Assembly: GCF_046119375.1 (NCBI RefSeq)
Contig: NW_027362762.1
Location: 776,116,001-776,180,000 of the forward strand
Direction: 5' to 3'
DNA: 64,000 nt
Source: Phyllobates terribilis
Lineage: Eukaryota
The notes under the pieces were generated by a model. It was not told the DNA's origin. It worked only from the letters and a program-made list of their open reading frames with translations, and searched no databases. The position numbers were made by a program, and so were the translations under genes. The stretch's first letter is position 1. Each line of letters begins with the position of its first letter. Below are positions 38,815-51,524 of the stretch, piece after piece.

Positions 38815-41800
38815 ATGAGTGGAAAAAGGCCTGCTGCTGGTGGAAAGGGGAATAGGCGTGTTGGGAAGGGGAAAAAAGGTTGTGTCCGTGGGGTAGGTGT
38901 TAAAGCAACAGTAACATCTGCAGAAGAAAGACCATCTTCCAGCCAAACTAAAATGTCTACTTCTTTTAGATATAAGATCCCTTTCTTACGGCCACGCCAA
39001 TCGCTACAAATTCCAGATGAGGCACAAAAACAGCAGGTGCTTCAACGGATATCAAGTGCTCCTTTAAGTGGGCTCTCCTCCACATCAACTTCAACATCAC
39101 AAATACTCCAGTCCTCAAAGGTGTCACCCCAATCGCACTTGCTTCCTCACAGCTCCCAAATCTCCAGCTGCCCGTCTGAGTATGAGGTTGAACAGATGGT
39201 TGAGTCTGCAGAGCTGTTTACTCATACTATAGCCTGGGAATCAGAGGTCGACTCCAGCGCTTCTGCGAATCCAGACGAGGAAATGATCTGCACTGATGCC
39301 CAGAATCTTTATGAGTCGGATCCAGGACCAGACGCAGAAGGTTCTGACCATAATGTAGACCCTCATTCCCAAACTGTAACTCCTGTTGGTGGAGACAATG
39401 AGGAAGACGATGATGAGACTCAAATACCTGATTGGAGCGACAACTTTAGTTTTTTGTCAGGGCAGGAACAGGTTGGCTCTGAGGACGACGAGTGTGATAA
39501 CGCACAGGGTGATGATGATGAGGTTGGAGATTCCACTTACTGTCAACCCACAGTCAGCCAAGAGATGAGGTCAGCAGAGGAGGTGGAGGAAGATGCTAGT
39601 GACGACGAGGTCAGGTTGCGCCTTCCTGGACAGAGACGTAGTACTGGAAGCACGTCAACAACTGCATCCTCAAACACAACTCTGCCTCTCACCACAAGTC
39701 GTGGTGGCTCTTCAGGTCGCATGGGTGCTAAGCCTTGCATAGCCTGGGCATTTTTTCAGATCGATAAAGATGACCCAACTCGTGTTATCTGTAACATTTG
39801 TCAGCAAAAGCTAAGTAGAGGCCAAAAAATACATAGTTTGAGTACTTCATGCATGAACCGGCACATGGACATGAAGCATAAGTTGCAGTGGGAAGCTCAG
39901 CGTGCTACAATGTGGCCTAGCCGGCCGGGCCAACCACCGTCTGCCATATCTTGTGCATCCGCGGCCTCTTCATCCTCTGTGACTGGGGGGACAGCAGTCA
40001 CACCTGTTTTGGGGCGCAGACCTGCCACCTCTTTACCCGCAACAGCCAGCGTGATTGGCAGGTCATCATTTTCTTTGGAGGTGGTAACACCAGCTGGTGT
40101 TGAGCGCTGTCCGACATCGATAGCACCACCTTTGGATCAAGGCAACCTAACATGTCCGCCTGCATCTTCCTCACAGACCGGCAGTTTGCCGGGGACACCC
40201 TTATCAACCCCGTCTAAGCACAATAGCCAGCCCTCGGTCCCTGAGATGTGGACAAGTAAAAGACCATTTCCTCCTAGCCATGAGAAAGCTAAGAGGTTGA
40301 ATTTCACCATATGCAAGCTCTTGGCTACAGAAATGCTGCCTTTCCGCCTGGTGGACACAGAGGATTTTCGAGACCTTATGTCCGTCGCAGTGCCCCAGTA
40401 CCAGATGCCCAGTCGGCACTACTTCTCAAAGAAAGGTGTGCCTGCGCTCCACCAGCATGTCGCACACAACATCACCGCTTCTTTGAGAAACTCTGTGTGT
40501 GACAGGGTGCATTTCACCACAGACACTTGGACGAGTAGGCATGGACAGGGGCGTTACATGTCGCTGACTGGGCACTGGGTAACTATGGTGACAGCAGGAC
40601 AAGGGGCTGCTGTCCAAGTCTTGCCGTCCCCACGAGTTGTGCGTCAATCCTCTTTATGTCAAAGTTCCTCCACTGCTTCTGCCTCCTCAACCTCCTCTCG
40701 GTCTTCCACCTGCACCCAAAGCCTGTCTGGTCATGCCACAAGCTTTCTAACTGCGCAGTAGGGATCCTGCACACCTCCTTACTATGCCGGCAGTAGGGCT
40801 CAACGTCATCAGGCGGTTTTTACTTTGAAATGTCTGGGAAATGTGAGTCACACAGCTGAGGAGTTGTGGTCAGCTCTGGAGAACCAATTTCATGAATGGT
40901 TGTCTCCACTGGACCTGAAACCAGGGAAGGCCGTGTGCGACAATGCTGCAAACCTGGGTGCGGCCCTTCGCCGGGGCAATGTCACACACGTGCCTTGTAT
41001 GGCTCACGTGTTTAACCTGGTTGTCCAGCAATTTTTAGCCCACTATCCCAGACTAGATGGCCTTCTGCAGAGGGCACGGTCGCTGTGTGCTCACTTCCGC
41101 CGTTCGCATCCCGCAGCTCAGCGACTTACATCTCTACAGAAGTCGTTGGGCCTGCCACTTCACCGGCTAAAATGCGATGTGCCTACCCGGTGGAATTCAA
41201 CTCTGCACATGTTGCAGCGACTGTGGCAGCACCGACAAGCCCTGGTGCAATATGTTCTGACGTATAGCCTGGGAAAACGAGATCCAGAGGTGGGGCAAAT
41301 CACGCTGGAGGAGTGGTCTCAGATCAGGGACCTATGCACCCTTCTGCACAGTTTTGAAATGGCGACGAAGATGTTTAGTGCTGACGATGCCATTATCAGC
41401 ATGACTATTCCGGTGATTTACATGCTGGAGCACATGTTAAACAGAATTTGGAGTCAGGTGGTGGCACAAGAGGAGGTGGAGGAAGTAGAGGAGGATGAGT
41501 TGTATGCGGAAGGGCTAACATCTGCAAGGTCCAGACGGTCGGCAGCACGAAGGCGGCAGGCATGTGAGGGTGGGGGAGATGGTTTTACCAGGGCGCATGG
41601 TAGCAGCCAAACTAGTGAGGAAGGTGCAGGAGCCCAGGAAGAAGTGGAGGATGAACTGATGGAAGACTCATCAGATGAGGGAGACCTTGATCACATTTCT
41701 GTTGTGCGAGGTTGGGGGGAGAGGACAGAGGAAGGAAGCATGATTGTTACCTCGCCACCAACACAACAGGGTCTTGGTGCTCCTGGATGCGCAACACACA

Positions 41801-42507
41801 TGAGTGCCTTCTTGCTGCACTACCTGCAACATGACCCTCGAATTGTGAGAATTAGAAATAATCCTGACTACTGGATTGCCACACTGTTAGATCCCCGGTA
41901 CAAAAGTAAATTTGCAGACATTATTCCTGCCATAGAAAGGGATGCAAGCATGCAGGAGTATCAGCAGAGACTGTTGCAGAATCTTACATGTGCTTTTCCA
42001 CAAAACACCAGTGGTGCACGTAGTGAATCTCACAGTTCCAACTTGCCAACCGTGGGACCGTCAATTGTTCAGCACTCAAACCGTAACAGAACCACAGTAT
42101 CTGCTGGTAACATCAATTTTGCGGAATCATTTCACCACTTTTTTAGCCCATCCTTTGCAAGGCCACAGGAGACAAGAAGTCTGACACATAGTCAACGCCT
42201 AGAGACGATGGTACAGGAGTATCTCCAAGTAAACATTGAAGCCATGACTGTGTCACTGGACCCTTGCTCTTTTTGGGCTTCCAATCTGGATAAATGGCTG
42301 GAGCTCGCCACTTACGCCTTGGAGATCTTGTCATGCCCCGCAGCCAGCGTTCTGTCTGAACGTGTGTTCAGCGCTGCTGGTGGTGTGCTGACAGATAAGC
42401 GCACGCGGCTCTCCACTGATAATGTAGACAGACTCACGTTCATAAAGATGAACAAATCATGGATCCGAAACGACTTTTCTACCCCTGTGTCATCCTGGGG
42501 AGAGTAA
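38815..42507 (+). pseudogene. hAT transposase, ~1230 codons, one in-frame TAG (40759-40761)
   Basis: ORFs 38815 and 40825 are in the same frame. BED finger (WAFF..CNIC..RHMDMKH), FTTDTW, CDNAANL, CMAH, TRWNS, CPAASVLSERVFS. Confidence 0.95.
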
Positions 42508-42519
42508 AAGCTTGATGAT

Positions 42520-42830
42520 TGGTTAAAATCACCCTACCAACCGTTTTAAGCTTTCAAATTACTAATCATGTTTATCTGTATCTTGGCTGGAAAATAATTT
42601 GGGCTTTGTAGCAGTGTGCAGCACTGATTTTATTAGGCCATCTATAATAAGCTCCACCAGATTTAAAATTACTAATCATGTTTATCTGTATCTTGACTGG
42701 AAAATAATTTGGGCTTTGTAGCAGTGTGCAGCACTGATCCTATTAGGCCATCTATACTAAGCTCCACCAGATTTAAAATTATAATAATTTTTAGCTGCAT
42801 CTAGCCCGGAAAATAATTTTGGGGCTCCGA
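42520..42830 (+). repeat. ~3 subterminal units related to the 111-bp array
   Basis: tttgtagcagtgtgcagcactgat..tattaggccatctata..aagctccaccagattt aligns with the array unit. Confidence 0.75.
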
Positions 42831-42944
42831 GATGCGCAAGACACATAAGTGCATTCTTGCTGCACTACCTGCAACATGACCCTCATATTGTCAGAATTCG
42901 AAGTAATCATGACTACTGGGTTGCCACACTCTTAGATCCCCCAA

Positions 42945-44311
42945 ACTTTTCGATCATCCTTTTCATTTTAATAAAGACCAAAAAAATGGTCATTTTTGAA
43001 ATTATAAGCTTCAGCAGGTTATTAGAAACTGAAATCAAACAGTTTTCAACTCAAAACTTTATTCTAGGTGATGTTACATTTTCACATAGGACCTCTTGTT
43101 CGAAAGGAGCTTCTGAACTCTCTCGTCCATTGAATTTGTCAGGTTTTGGATGGTTTCTGCTTCAATTGTTTTGCATGAGGACAGAATACCCTCCCCGAGC
43201 TGTTGCTTAGATGTGAACTGCCTCCCGCCATCATAGACACTCCTTTTGATGATGCTCCAGAGGTTCTGAATGAGGTAGAGGTCAGGGGAGCATGGGGGTC
43301 ACACCATAAGTTTGTCCCCTTTTATGCCCATATCAGCCAGAGATGCAGATGTTTTATGTGCAGCATGAGATGGTGCATTATCATGCAAAAAAATTATCTT
43401 GCTGTGAAATACACGGTTCTTCTTCTTGAACCATGGCAGGAAGTGCTGTTTTAGAAAATCCACATACATTATGGAGTTCATCTTTAGCGCCTTCAGGGAT
43501 CCTAAAGGGGCCGACAATCTCTCTCCCCATGATTCCAGCCCAAAACATTACTCCACCTCCTCCTTGTTGGCGCTGTAGCTGTGTTTGCGTGGGGTGTCCA
43601 TCAACCAGCCATCCTCCACTCCATCCATCTGGACCATCGAGCGCTGCACGGCACTCATCCGTGAACAAAACAGTTTTGAAATCAGTCTTAATGTTATGTT
43701 TGGCCAACTGGAGCCGTTTCTGCTTGTGTGAAGTGGATAGAGGAGGTCGACAGGATGGCGTATGCACAGCTGCAAACCTCTGAAGGACCCTGCATCTTGT
43801 TGTTCGGGGGACGTTGGAGGCACCAGCAGCTTCAAAAACTTGTCTGCTGCTATGACAAGGCTTTTTTGCCGCTGCTCTTTTAACCTGACGTAATTGCCTG
43901 TAGGAAAGAGTCCTCAATTTGCCCTTATCAGCACGCACACGTGTGTACTGTGAATTAGCTACATACTTCTTGATTGCCAAGACACTTCATCCTGATCATC
44001 GCACAATGTTGATTGTAGTCATGCCTTGACCTAAACACTCCACAATTTGTTGCTTCGAAGCAGCCGACACATCCTTTTTCTTTCCCATTTTGGCAGAAAA
44101 TGTAGGCTGCTTAATAATGTGAGACAGTCTTCCTAAGTTGTCTTGCCTTTCATTGGACACACCTGCCAAACTATTTAGCACAGGTGTCTGCAATTGCTTA
44201 CAGTGATATAAAGAGCCCTGACACACATCACCATCAATGAGTTTAACTGACAAACAAATTCTTCCCTTATCACTCCTAAACACTTTTTGCATAATAATTT
44301 GGAACACAGTG
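42945..44311 (-). mobile_element. Dead Tc1 fragment carried as cargo (transposase remnant 43074-44088)
   Basis: TIR CACTGTGTTCCAAATTATTATGC next to TA. MGKKKDVS..., FTDECR, HDNAPSH. Stops and a frameshift. Confidence 0.88.
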
Positions 44312-44386
44312 TACATGTGCTTTTCCACAAAACACCAGTGGTTCACGTAGTGAATCTTACAGTTCTAACTTGCCAACCGTGGTCTG

Positions 44387-46206
44387 TATGGAGTTGTTCA
44401 ATAAAGGGCACAGAATTAAGATAACATAGATGGGAGAGGTCTCTATGAATAGGAATTCCTAAGTATTTGATACCCTGTGAGGGCCAGGCAAAGGGAAAGT
44501 TGGACTGGATGGAATCCTATATGGATTTGGGGAGGGTGACATCGAGGGCCTCAGACTTCGCTGCATTGATTTTAAAATTTGACCATGTAACAAAGTGATC
44601 TATTTCAGCCATAACAGCATGGATGGATATATGTGATTGAGTGATATATACTAGGACATCATCAGCAAATAGAGAGCACTTGTACTCGGTGCCTCCCACC
44701 TCAATCCACCTAATATTGGGGTTATGGCGAATTGATGAGAGCAGGTGATCCGTCACTAGAATGTATAAGAGAGGGGACAGAGGACATCCCTGCCTTGTCC
44801 CATTGGTGATTGTGAAAGGTGATGAAAATGTTCTGATGCGCCCCTTGGGCCTTGGGACACCCGGAGCCGGACCCTTTTTGGTGGATGCTGGTGGTTGTAG
44901 TCTTCGTGGCGGCGACCCGGTTCCGTGGCTCAGAGTGGTCAAACCAGTGGCGGAACTATTTATGTGGTTTTGATGTTTAAATGTCCGACTATGCCACCCG
45001 TGGATTGCGGTCAGAGTGAACCGCCGCTGCAGGGCAGACCGCTGAGGCTGGTGTTGTGGGTGCAGCAGAGTGTAGCATAACTCCCCACGGGAGGAGTATA
45101 GCCTCAGGGCAGTGTATGCGGAGGATGGGGGTGATGGTGCAGGGCAGCAGCAGTAACGACACGGAGTCAGTGATGCAGTCCAGGGCCTTTACTCACAGTT
45201 CTTATTATCCAGACCACGTCTGCAGGTAACGGCTGCCCACGTCGTACTGTGCTCACCAGGTGAGAGGCTCAGACAACTCCCAGATAACTTTGGAGTGCTT
45301 CACAGGACCCCCTTTGTGTGTCCTTTGTCTGGCCTTTCTTACCAACCCTTCTGTCCGGCTGCCTCGGGCCTCCTCTTGGTAAACTTGGCACCAGTTTCCC
45401 TGACCCTATGTGGTGCCTTCCTAGCGGGTGTAGCGAGGGGCTGCGCCACATAAAATGTCACAGCCTCCGGTTTCTAGCTGAGGGTCGTTTCCTGCCTCCA
45501 CTAGTTTCGGGGACCGGTCTCCCCCTTTGGCCTGACCCCTCCACGCAGGTGGATTCGGGCGTGCGGTGGCGACTCGCCCGTCCGCACCCCTGGGATCCCT
45601 TCATTCCTCGTTCCTGGAGCCTTCTCCGCTTCTCTTCCTTCCTTCTCCCTCTTCCAGGCCTGGGCCTCTGTTACTAGGCCCGCCTCCGGAGCAGAGCTCA
45701 TGCAGAGCCCCTGCTCCCTGCCACTTCTGCTCAGACTTCTCTGCACTGAACTAAGATGGTGCCCACCTTTTATACTCCCTTCTCAATGCACCCAGGAACT
45801 GCTTCCTCCCTGCTCCTGCACTACAGGCTTCTCCTTCCTCAGTGTTCCCTCCCCCCACTCCAGCCAGGGACAGGGACTGTCATGCCCATCTCAGAGGCAT
45901 ATTGGTCGCCCTGCCCCACGGCAATGTGCTGTAATGCATGCAGGTGTCGGGTCCTGATCCACACTCCATCCTTACCTGAGAGTGAGATATCACACCTCTG
46001 GGTGAGGTGCAATACCTCTGTAGCAACCGAGCCCTCAGGGTGCTACAGTTCCATTTATCTTCAGCCTAGGTGACGTATTGTGATACAGGGCCGTGATTTT
46101 GGCTATAAAAGGGTCCCCTAGACCCCTACCCCAAGCTTTTTAAGAGAATCATATATGGCGTGCCAGGAGACTCTATGGAATGCTTTCTCAGCATCCAACG
46201 AGAGTA
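44387..46206 (-). mobile_element. L1 RT fragment (cargo) split by a solo LTR
   Basis: Homologous to 34278-34870, with the same 5' junction ttgtaattaga|tactctcgttggatgctgag. Confidence 0.88.
44834..46047 (-). repeat. Solo LTR (~1.21 kb)
   Basis: TG...CA termini and a 4-bp TSD GTTC (44830-44833 and 46048-46051). Confidence 0.85.
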
Positions 46207-46317
46207 TCTAATTACAAATTTTTAACTGCATCTAGCCCAGGAAATACTTTGTGCCTAGTAGCAGTGTCTGCTAGTCAGCGGATTATCCCGGCTGTTAAGC
46301 AAGCTACACCACCTGTA

Positions 46318-46585
46318 GTTTGGACACTTAATTTTTTCAAAGGAAATGCTTCGGGACCACGGGATACTCAGTGAAGAGCATCAGGAGGCACCCCAAGGCA
46401 TAGGGGCTGGGACTGGCAGTAGGATGCCTTGCGGTGGACAGCCGAGCTCGATCCTTATAAAAGCTTTTTAACTGCAGCAGCTTTAGTGGACGCTACTGGA
46501 GCTGGAATTACGCGGCTGCTGGCATGAGACTTGCCCTCCAATAGATCCTTGTAAATGGATTTAAAGTGTATTCATTCAAATTAGA
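46318..46585 (-). rRNA. 18S rRNA-derived fragment, copy 2
   Basis: Reverse complement of the 33897-34165 fragment, inside the hAT right end. Confidence 0.88.
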
Positions 46586-49109
46586 GAGACAATTTAAATT
46601 AAAAAGCTTAGACCTGCCTCCACCACAGGGAGGCTCGCTCGACCCACCAGCGGACAGGCACCAGTATTGGGAGAGGGGGGCTGGCCGTCAGGGTTCACCG
46701 CGGCTCTGGCACAAACCCGGCGACACGGAGGTGGCACGGGTAGGAGTGGACTGAACGTGTCGGCTTCTCACTTTTTGGATTTTAGAAGGGCATGACATGC
46801 CTATATCTGTTTCTCCCCCTCCTTTTACTCCTCCACCTCTTTTCTTTTCGCATGACTATATGTACTTGTCACTTTTCCATGTGTTAGTTGTGTCTTCTGA
46901 GCAGTTTGTCAGCTTTTGGACACCTTTGAAGGTGTTTTCTATGTGTTTCTATGTGTTTTTGTTTGCCTGCCATTGGTTTTAACGGTGTTCGAAGGTGTTC
47001 GACGAACAGTTCGACGAACAGTTTGGCGAACACACGGGTGTTCGACGAACCGAACCGAACTCGAACACTACGGGGGTGGCTCAACACTATTTGAGATCCC
47101 AAAAAAAAGCTTATCCTCAATCGACCCCCAGGGCCCCTTGCTCCCGATTTCAGATAATCCAGATTTCCCACCAGGACTATCTGCAAATAGATTTCTCGGT
47201 TCAAATAAATCCCATCCGATATTATTTTCTCATGTCATCTCCAATACTTCGCTGCTCCCCCTCAATGACTTGTTACAGGGAAGAGCCACTTCCCCGAAGG
47301 CTAATTTTGAAAATAGCCAGTTACAACACTTCTATTCAACTGTGAAGAAGCGCACACATCTTCATAGAGATCTCACAAACTTTGAAAAATTGAGCCTATC
47401 ATTGTCACCCCCTACACACTCCATCTCCCTACTGTATAATCTCCTCATTGCCCAGCTAACTGACAATAGGCCAGGATTCTGCGGTGCATGGGAAAGGGAA
47501 CTGGGGAAGTACTTCTCTGACTCACAATGGGATAAATGTTTCTTCCTAACACATAAAACCTCAATAGGGTCCAAGGCTCAGGAAACCTCCTTCAAAATTA
47601 TCTCTATAAGGTACCGGGTACCAGCAGTCCTTCATAGATGGTATCCAGTGGTCTCAGATAGATGTTGGAGATGTGGGGAGGGGGAAGGGACAATGTCACA
47701 CATATGGTGGGCATGCCCTATAATAAATGCATTTTGGGCAAAGGTGGTTCCCATGATTGACAAAATAACTGGTTTGACTATCCCTAATACGCCAGAAGCC
47801 CTCCTTTTATCAATGTTACCAATAAGTAAACGTAGTTATAAAAGGTCATCAATAGGCTACCTAATACAGGCGTCTAAGAATGTCATTCCACGACACTGGA
47901 AAAGCAGAGACCCACCCACTGTGGAGGAATGGTTTGCGGAGATCTCCCTCCTTAATAGGATGGAACGAACATCTGATTGTCATCTCACCGGCTGATGTTG
48001 ATAGATACTGTGTGATTTGGAGGGATTGGATTGATTTGAAAAACTCTGACGCCTACCATCTAGCCCCCAACTAAAGTTATCCGTGATGTAGGCACAACAA
48101 TGATCATAATCGCACTCTATTGATTGGTGGTCTGCCGTGGTCCTCTCCCTCTCTCTCTATCTTTCATATGGAAAAATACATGCTTGATCTGGATATTGAT
48201 GGAAAACCCTCCCTATACCCCCCAATGTACTGTCGTTATGCATAGATTTATAGTTATACTACCCCTTTTACTATGTATATTGTATTTTCTTGTACTTTTT
48301 CAACAAAAAAATAAAAAAAAACTTGAATTTGAAAAAAAAAATTGTAATTAGACCTACAGGCGGTGGCTACTCCGTTGACTAGCAGACACTGAAGCTTTGG
48401 AGCAGGCCTCTGATTCCCAGGCTATAGTATGAGTAAACAGCTCTTCAGACTCAACCATCTGTGTTACCCCAAGCCATAGTGTATGTAGTTTCTTACGGTT
48501 AAAAGGGAGGGGAGAGACCCGACCCACCTTGAATTGACGATGGCAACGTCATGTAAAACACAGCAAGGGGACTCCAAAAAGAGTCTCCATTTTTTCCCAA
48601 AATTGTGGCACAGACACCACTTAAGTGGCATCAATTGTCCCAGAGTTGCTTAAAATGGTTGGTGAGGTGATTTTCCAAAATCCTCAAGCTTTTAGTCTCC
48701 CCAGAATGACACAGGTGGGGCAAATGGTGGTTGTCCCGGCCCGCTAGGCCGCATTGTAGCATAGTGAGCTTCACACTGCAACTTATGCTTCATATCCATG
48801 GGACGGTTCATGCATGAAGTACTCAAACTATTGATTTTTTGTCTTCTACTTAGCTTTTGGTGACAAATGTTACAGATAACACGAGTTGGGTCATCCTTAT
48901 CGATCTGAAAAAATGCACAGGCTATGCAAGGTTTAGAGCCCATGCGACTCTGCTACTAGCAATACTATCAGATGATTGGCTGGGTTAGATGCAGAGCGTC
49001 TGGGTTTAGTTGGGGGTCCCCACAGTCTGCCTAGGCTAGATGCAGTTAAAAATTATTATTAGATACACAGGCGGTGCAGCTTGCTTCGCAGCTGGGCTAA
49101 TACGCCCAA

Positions 49110-49690
49110 AGTATTGGTAGACTCTATACTAAATAAGGAAGGATTCACTGACTGTGGTGGCCCCTCCGTGGGCCGTGGAGATTGGTGGAGATTTGGTGGA
49201 TGATTATAGGAGAAAGCTCCTTAATAGAGAAAGTTGGTGGATTTATACTTTTAATACACATGTACCTGCGGGTTTAAACATCAGACATGATTTGATGTAT
49301 CATTATGAGTGATCATTTATAGATTATTATTATATATATGTTTCTTTTTTTTTCTTTTCTTTTTCTTTTGGATTATTTACATTTATATGCATTGTTTCTA
49401 TGCTATACGATTTTAACATGGTATGTGTGTTTAAATTTCTGATTAACTCAGCCTTGAACAGGTGCATAGCAGGACATGACATATAAATACCACTTCCTTG
49501 CTGTTTTTTTGCTATGCAATGATTAAGAACCTTTCGTTCGAAACGCATTTGCTGTTCTTCTCCAAGGTGGACTTTTAAAATATTTTTTGTATGACCCAAT
49601 AAAAAGTGGATTTTAGAAGATTTGTTCAGCTGGATCTTCCTGGTTCCTCAAGTTCGTCTGGTAGCACTCCTGGCTCCGTGCTGTTGATCT
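49110..49690 (+). mobile_element. Penelope-like element 3' end / pseudo-LTR
   Basis: GIY-YIG C-terminus GGDLVDDYRRKLLNRESWWIYTFNTHVPAGLN, followed by a hammerhead-like motif and AATAAA. Confidence 0.75.
49516..49552 (+). ncRNA. Degenerate minimal hammerhead-ribozyme-like motif
   Basis: GCA-ATGATTA-A-GAAC-CTTTC-GTTC-GAAA-CGCA-TT-TGC. The core has A3/U8 in place of C3/G8. Confidence 0.45.
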
Positions 49691-51520
49691 TCTAGGTGGG
49701 TGAGCTGATTTTTTCCTTTCTTTTTCTGCCAAGTGGCGATTGGTCATCCACTTTCGCTGCCCCTTACTCAATGAATTCACAAACATCTCCCGTCGGTTTG
49801 TAGTCCCATTATGCCCAACCAAAAACATAGGCCCCACAACTAAAAAAGATCGTTCTTAGGCATCGAAATCGACACCACAGCAAGGTTGTTCCGCCTCCCA
49901 TGGGAAAAAATACCAAAACATTACACCTGATCTAGGTTTTTTGCGCAGTATGGAAAGTAACACTACAGCAGATGCAAGTATTACTAGGTCTCCTCGTGTT
50001 TGCGAGCCGGGTGATGCCAGTCTGAAGGGTTTTTTCTCTTCATTTATCGCCCGCAACAAAAGGGGCATCTAAACCGAGTCATACAATCAGAATCAGCAGG
50101 AGGCTACGGGCGGACTTAGAGGTGTGGAAAACCTTCTTATAATCATTCAACGGTCACACGTTATTTATGTCCAACATTCAACTAAGATTATTCACCGGGG
50201 CGGCAGAATCAGGCGGTTATGCAGCGATATTAAATAACCAATGGTGCACAAGCTTATGGCCTCTGTATTGGGCAGAACAAGTGCTGACAAAAAAACAGAC
50301 AGTCCTGGAACTGTTTCCAATAGTGGTAGCAATAGAAATATGGGGCACGCGCCTGGCTAACAAAAATATACTCTTCATAAGAAAAAACACCAGCCTAGCG
50401 CACTTCATTAATAATATGGCATCATCGTCTCTCCCAGTGCTAGGCCTACTACGCTGGCTAGCATTCCTGTGCCTAAAACACAATGTATGGGTCCGCGCTA
50501 GCCACGATGCTGAGGGGTCTAACGCTGCTGCTAAAGCTTTATCACAATTCAATTGGCAGATTTTCACAGAGCTCCTTCCCAACGCCCACCCATCGGGCAA
50601 CAGTTGCCCAGCCTCCCTATGGGATCTAGTGGAGAACAGTTGATGCCATTAATCAGAGCGTCAGTTGCCCCGTCGATGTGGCAAGCATACGGTAAGGCAT
50701 GGGAACAGTGGACACGACTAGTAGCAGGCAGACTGGTTGACCAATGTGAACAAGCCAGATTACAAGTCAACATAGAATTTCTCCACCAGTTTATGATGAG
50801 GGGCATATCAGGGGCATCAGCGCAGCGGTGTCTGACCGGAGTAGCATTTCATTTCCAACTACTGAATTGGGGACATGTGACAAAGAGATTCATCATCAGA
50901 CAATCCATAAAAGGGTGGAAAAGGGGTCAGCCAAGTCAGGAGTGTAGACGTCCCATCCCGTGTCACTAAAACTGATTTCTCACATCATATCCCTAACACC
51001 ATTAACATGATACTCACAATTCGAAGCAACACTACTGTCTACTGTATTTGCGATCGCCTTCTTCGGGGCGCTATGCATAAGCGAATTAGTCCCTCAATCC
51101 AAAATTAACACCAGTGGAGGCTTATTACACCAGGACGTAGTCATAGCCAATAATGCAATATGTCTACGCATACGCAAATCGAAAACGGTTCCAGCGGGCA
51201 GGGGCTCTTGGGTACTTCTACAACCCACAAATGGTACACTGAGTCGGGTAACAATAGTAAAAACATATATAACCATCAGATCACAAAGTCATTTCTTCCT
51301 ATCACACATTTATGGAACGCCATTATCAAGATACCAGTTCCAAGCTATATTTAATAAATGCATAACATCGGCAGAGAACCACCCCAAAGATTAAGGGACA
51401 CACTCATTCCGCATAGGCGCGGCCACGGAAGCAGCAAGAGCAGGACTGTCACAAACGGAAGTTCAGAGGATAGGGAGATGGCGATCCACATGTTTGACGA
51501 GATACATGAGACCGGACTTG
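49690..51520 (+). mobile_element. Tyrosine-recombinase retrotransposon (DIRS/Ngaro) fragment: RT end, RNase H, YR; decayed
   Basis: FLGIEIDT (RT); LELFPIVVAIEIWG...LLRWLAFLCLKHNVWVRASH (RNase H); FFGALCISEL, HSFRIGAAT, IGRWRS...RYMRPD (YR). Confidence 0.88.
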
Positions 51521-51524
51521 TTTT

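Larger units (their letters stand above)
35312..47089 (+). mobile_element. Complete young hAT (Ac-family) element, 11778 bp, with cargo
   Basis: Left TIR TAGAGATGAGCG, right TIR GGCTCAACACTA. Perfect 8-bp TSD TTTGAGAT at 35304-35311 and 47090-47097. Confidence 0.95.
34278..48341 (+). mobile_element. 5'-truncated L1-clade LINE (34278-35311 and 47098-48341), split by the hAT insertion
   Basis: RT motifs LDAEKAF, GTRQGCPLSP, FADD; CCHC RCWRCGEGEGTMSHIWWACP; A-rich tail. TSD TTGTAATTAGA at 34267-34277 and 48342-48352. Confidence 0.92.
33383..49110 (-). mobile_element. Internally deleted hAT host copy (parts 33383-34277 and 48342-49110), split by L1 and the nested hAT
   Basis: Right TIR TAGTGTTGAGCC at 33383. 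Sequence resumes after the L1 TSD. At ~48715 the transposase 3' end is fused to the BED region, and at ~48950 to the array end. No left TIR seen. Confidence 0.75.

Noticed and set aside
40759-40761. Programmed read-through of the TAG in the transposase
   Set aside because: No supporting signal seen. A point mutation or sequencing error is simpler.
38815-42507. Domesticated ZBED-type host gene
   Set aside because: It has TIRs, a TSD and multiple copies, so it is a transposon.
45269-46073. GC-rich short ORFs in the solo LTRs (also 52980-53785)
   Set aside because: Overlapping ORFs on both strands with no motifs, as expected from GC-rich LTR sequence.
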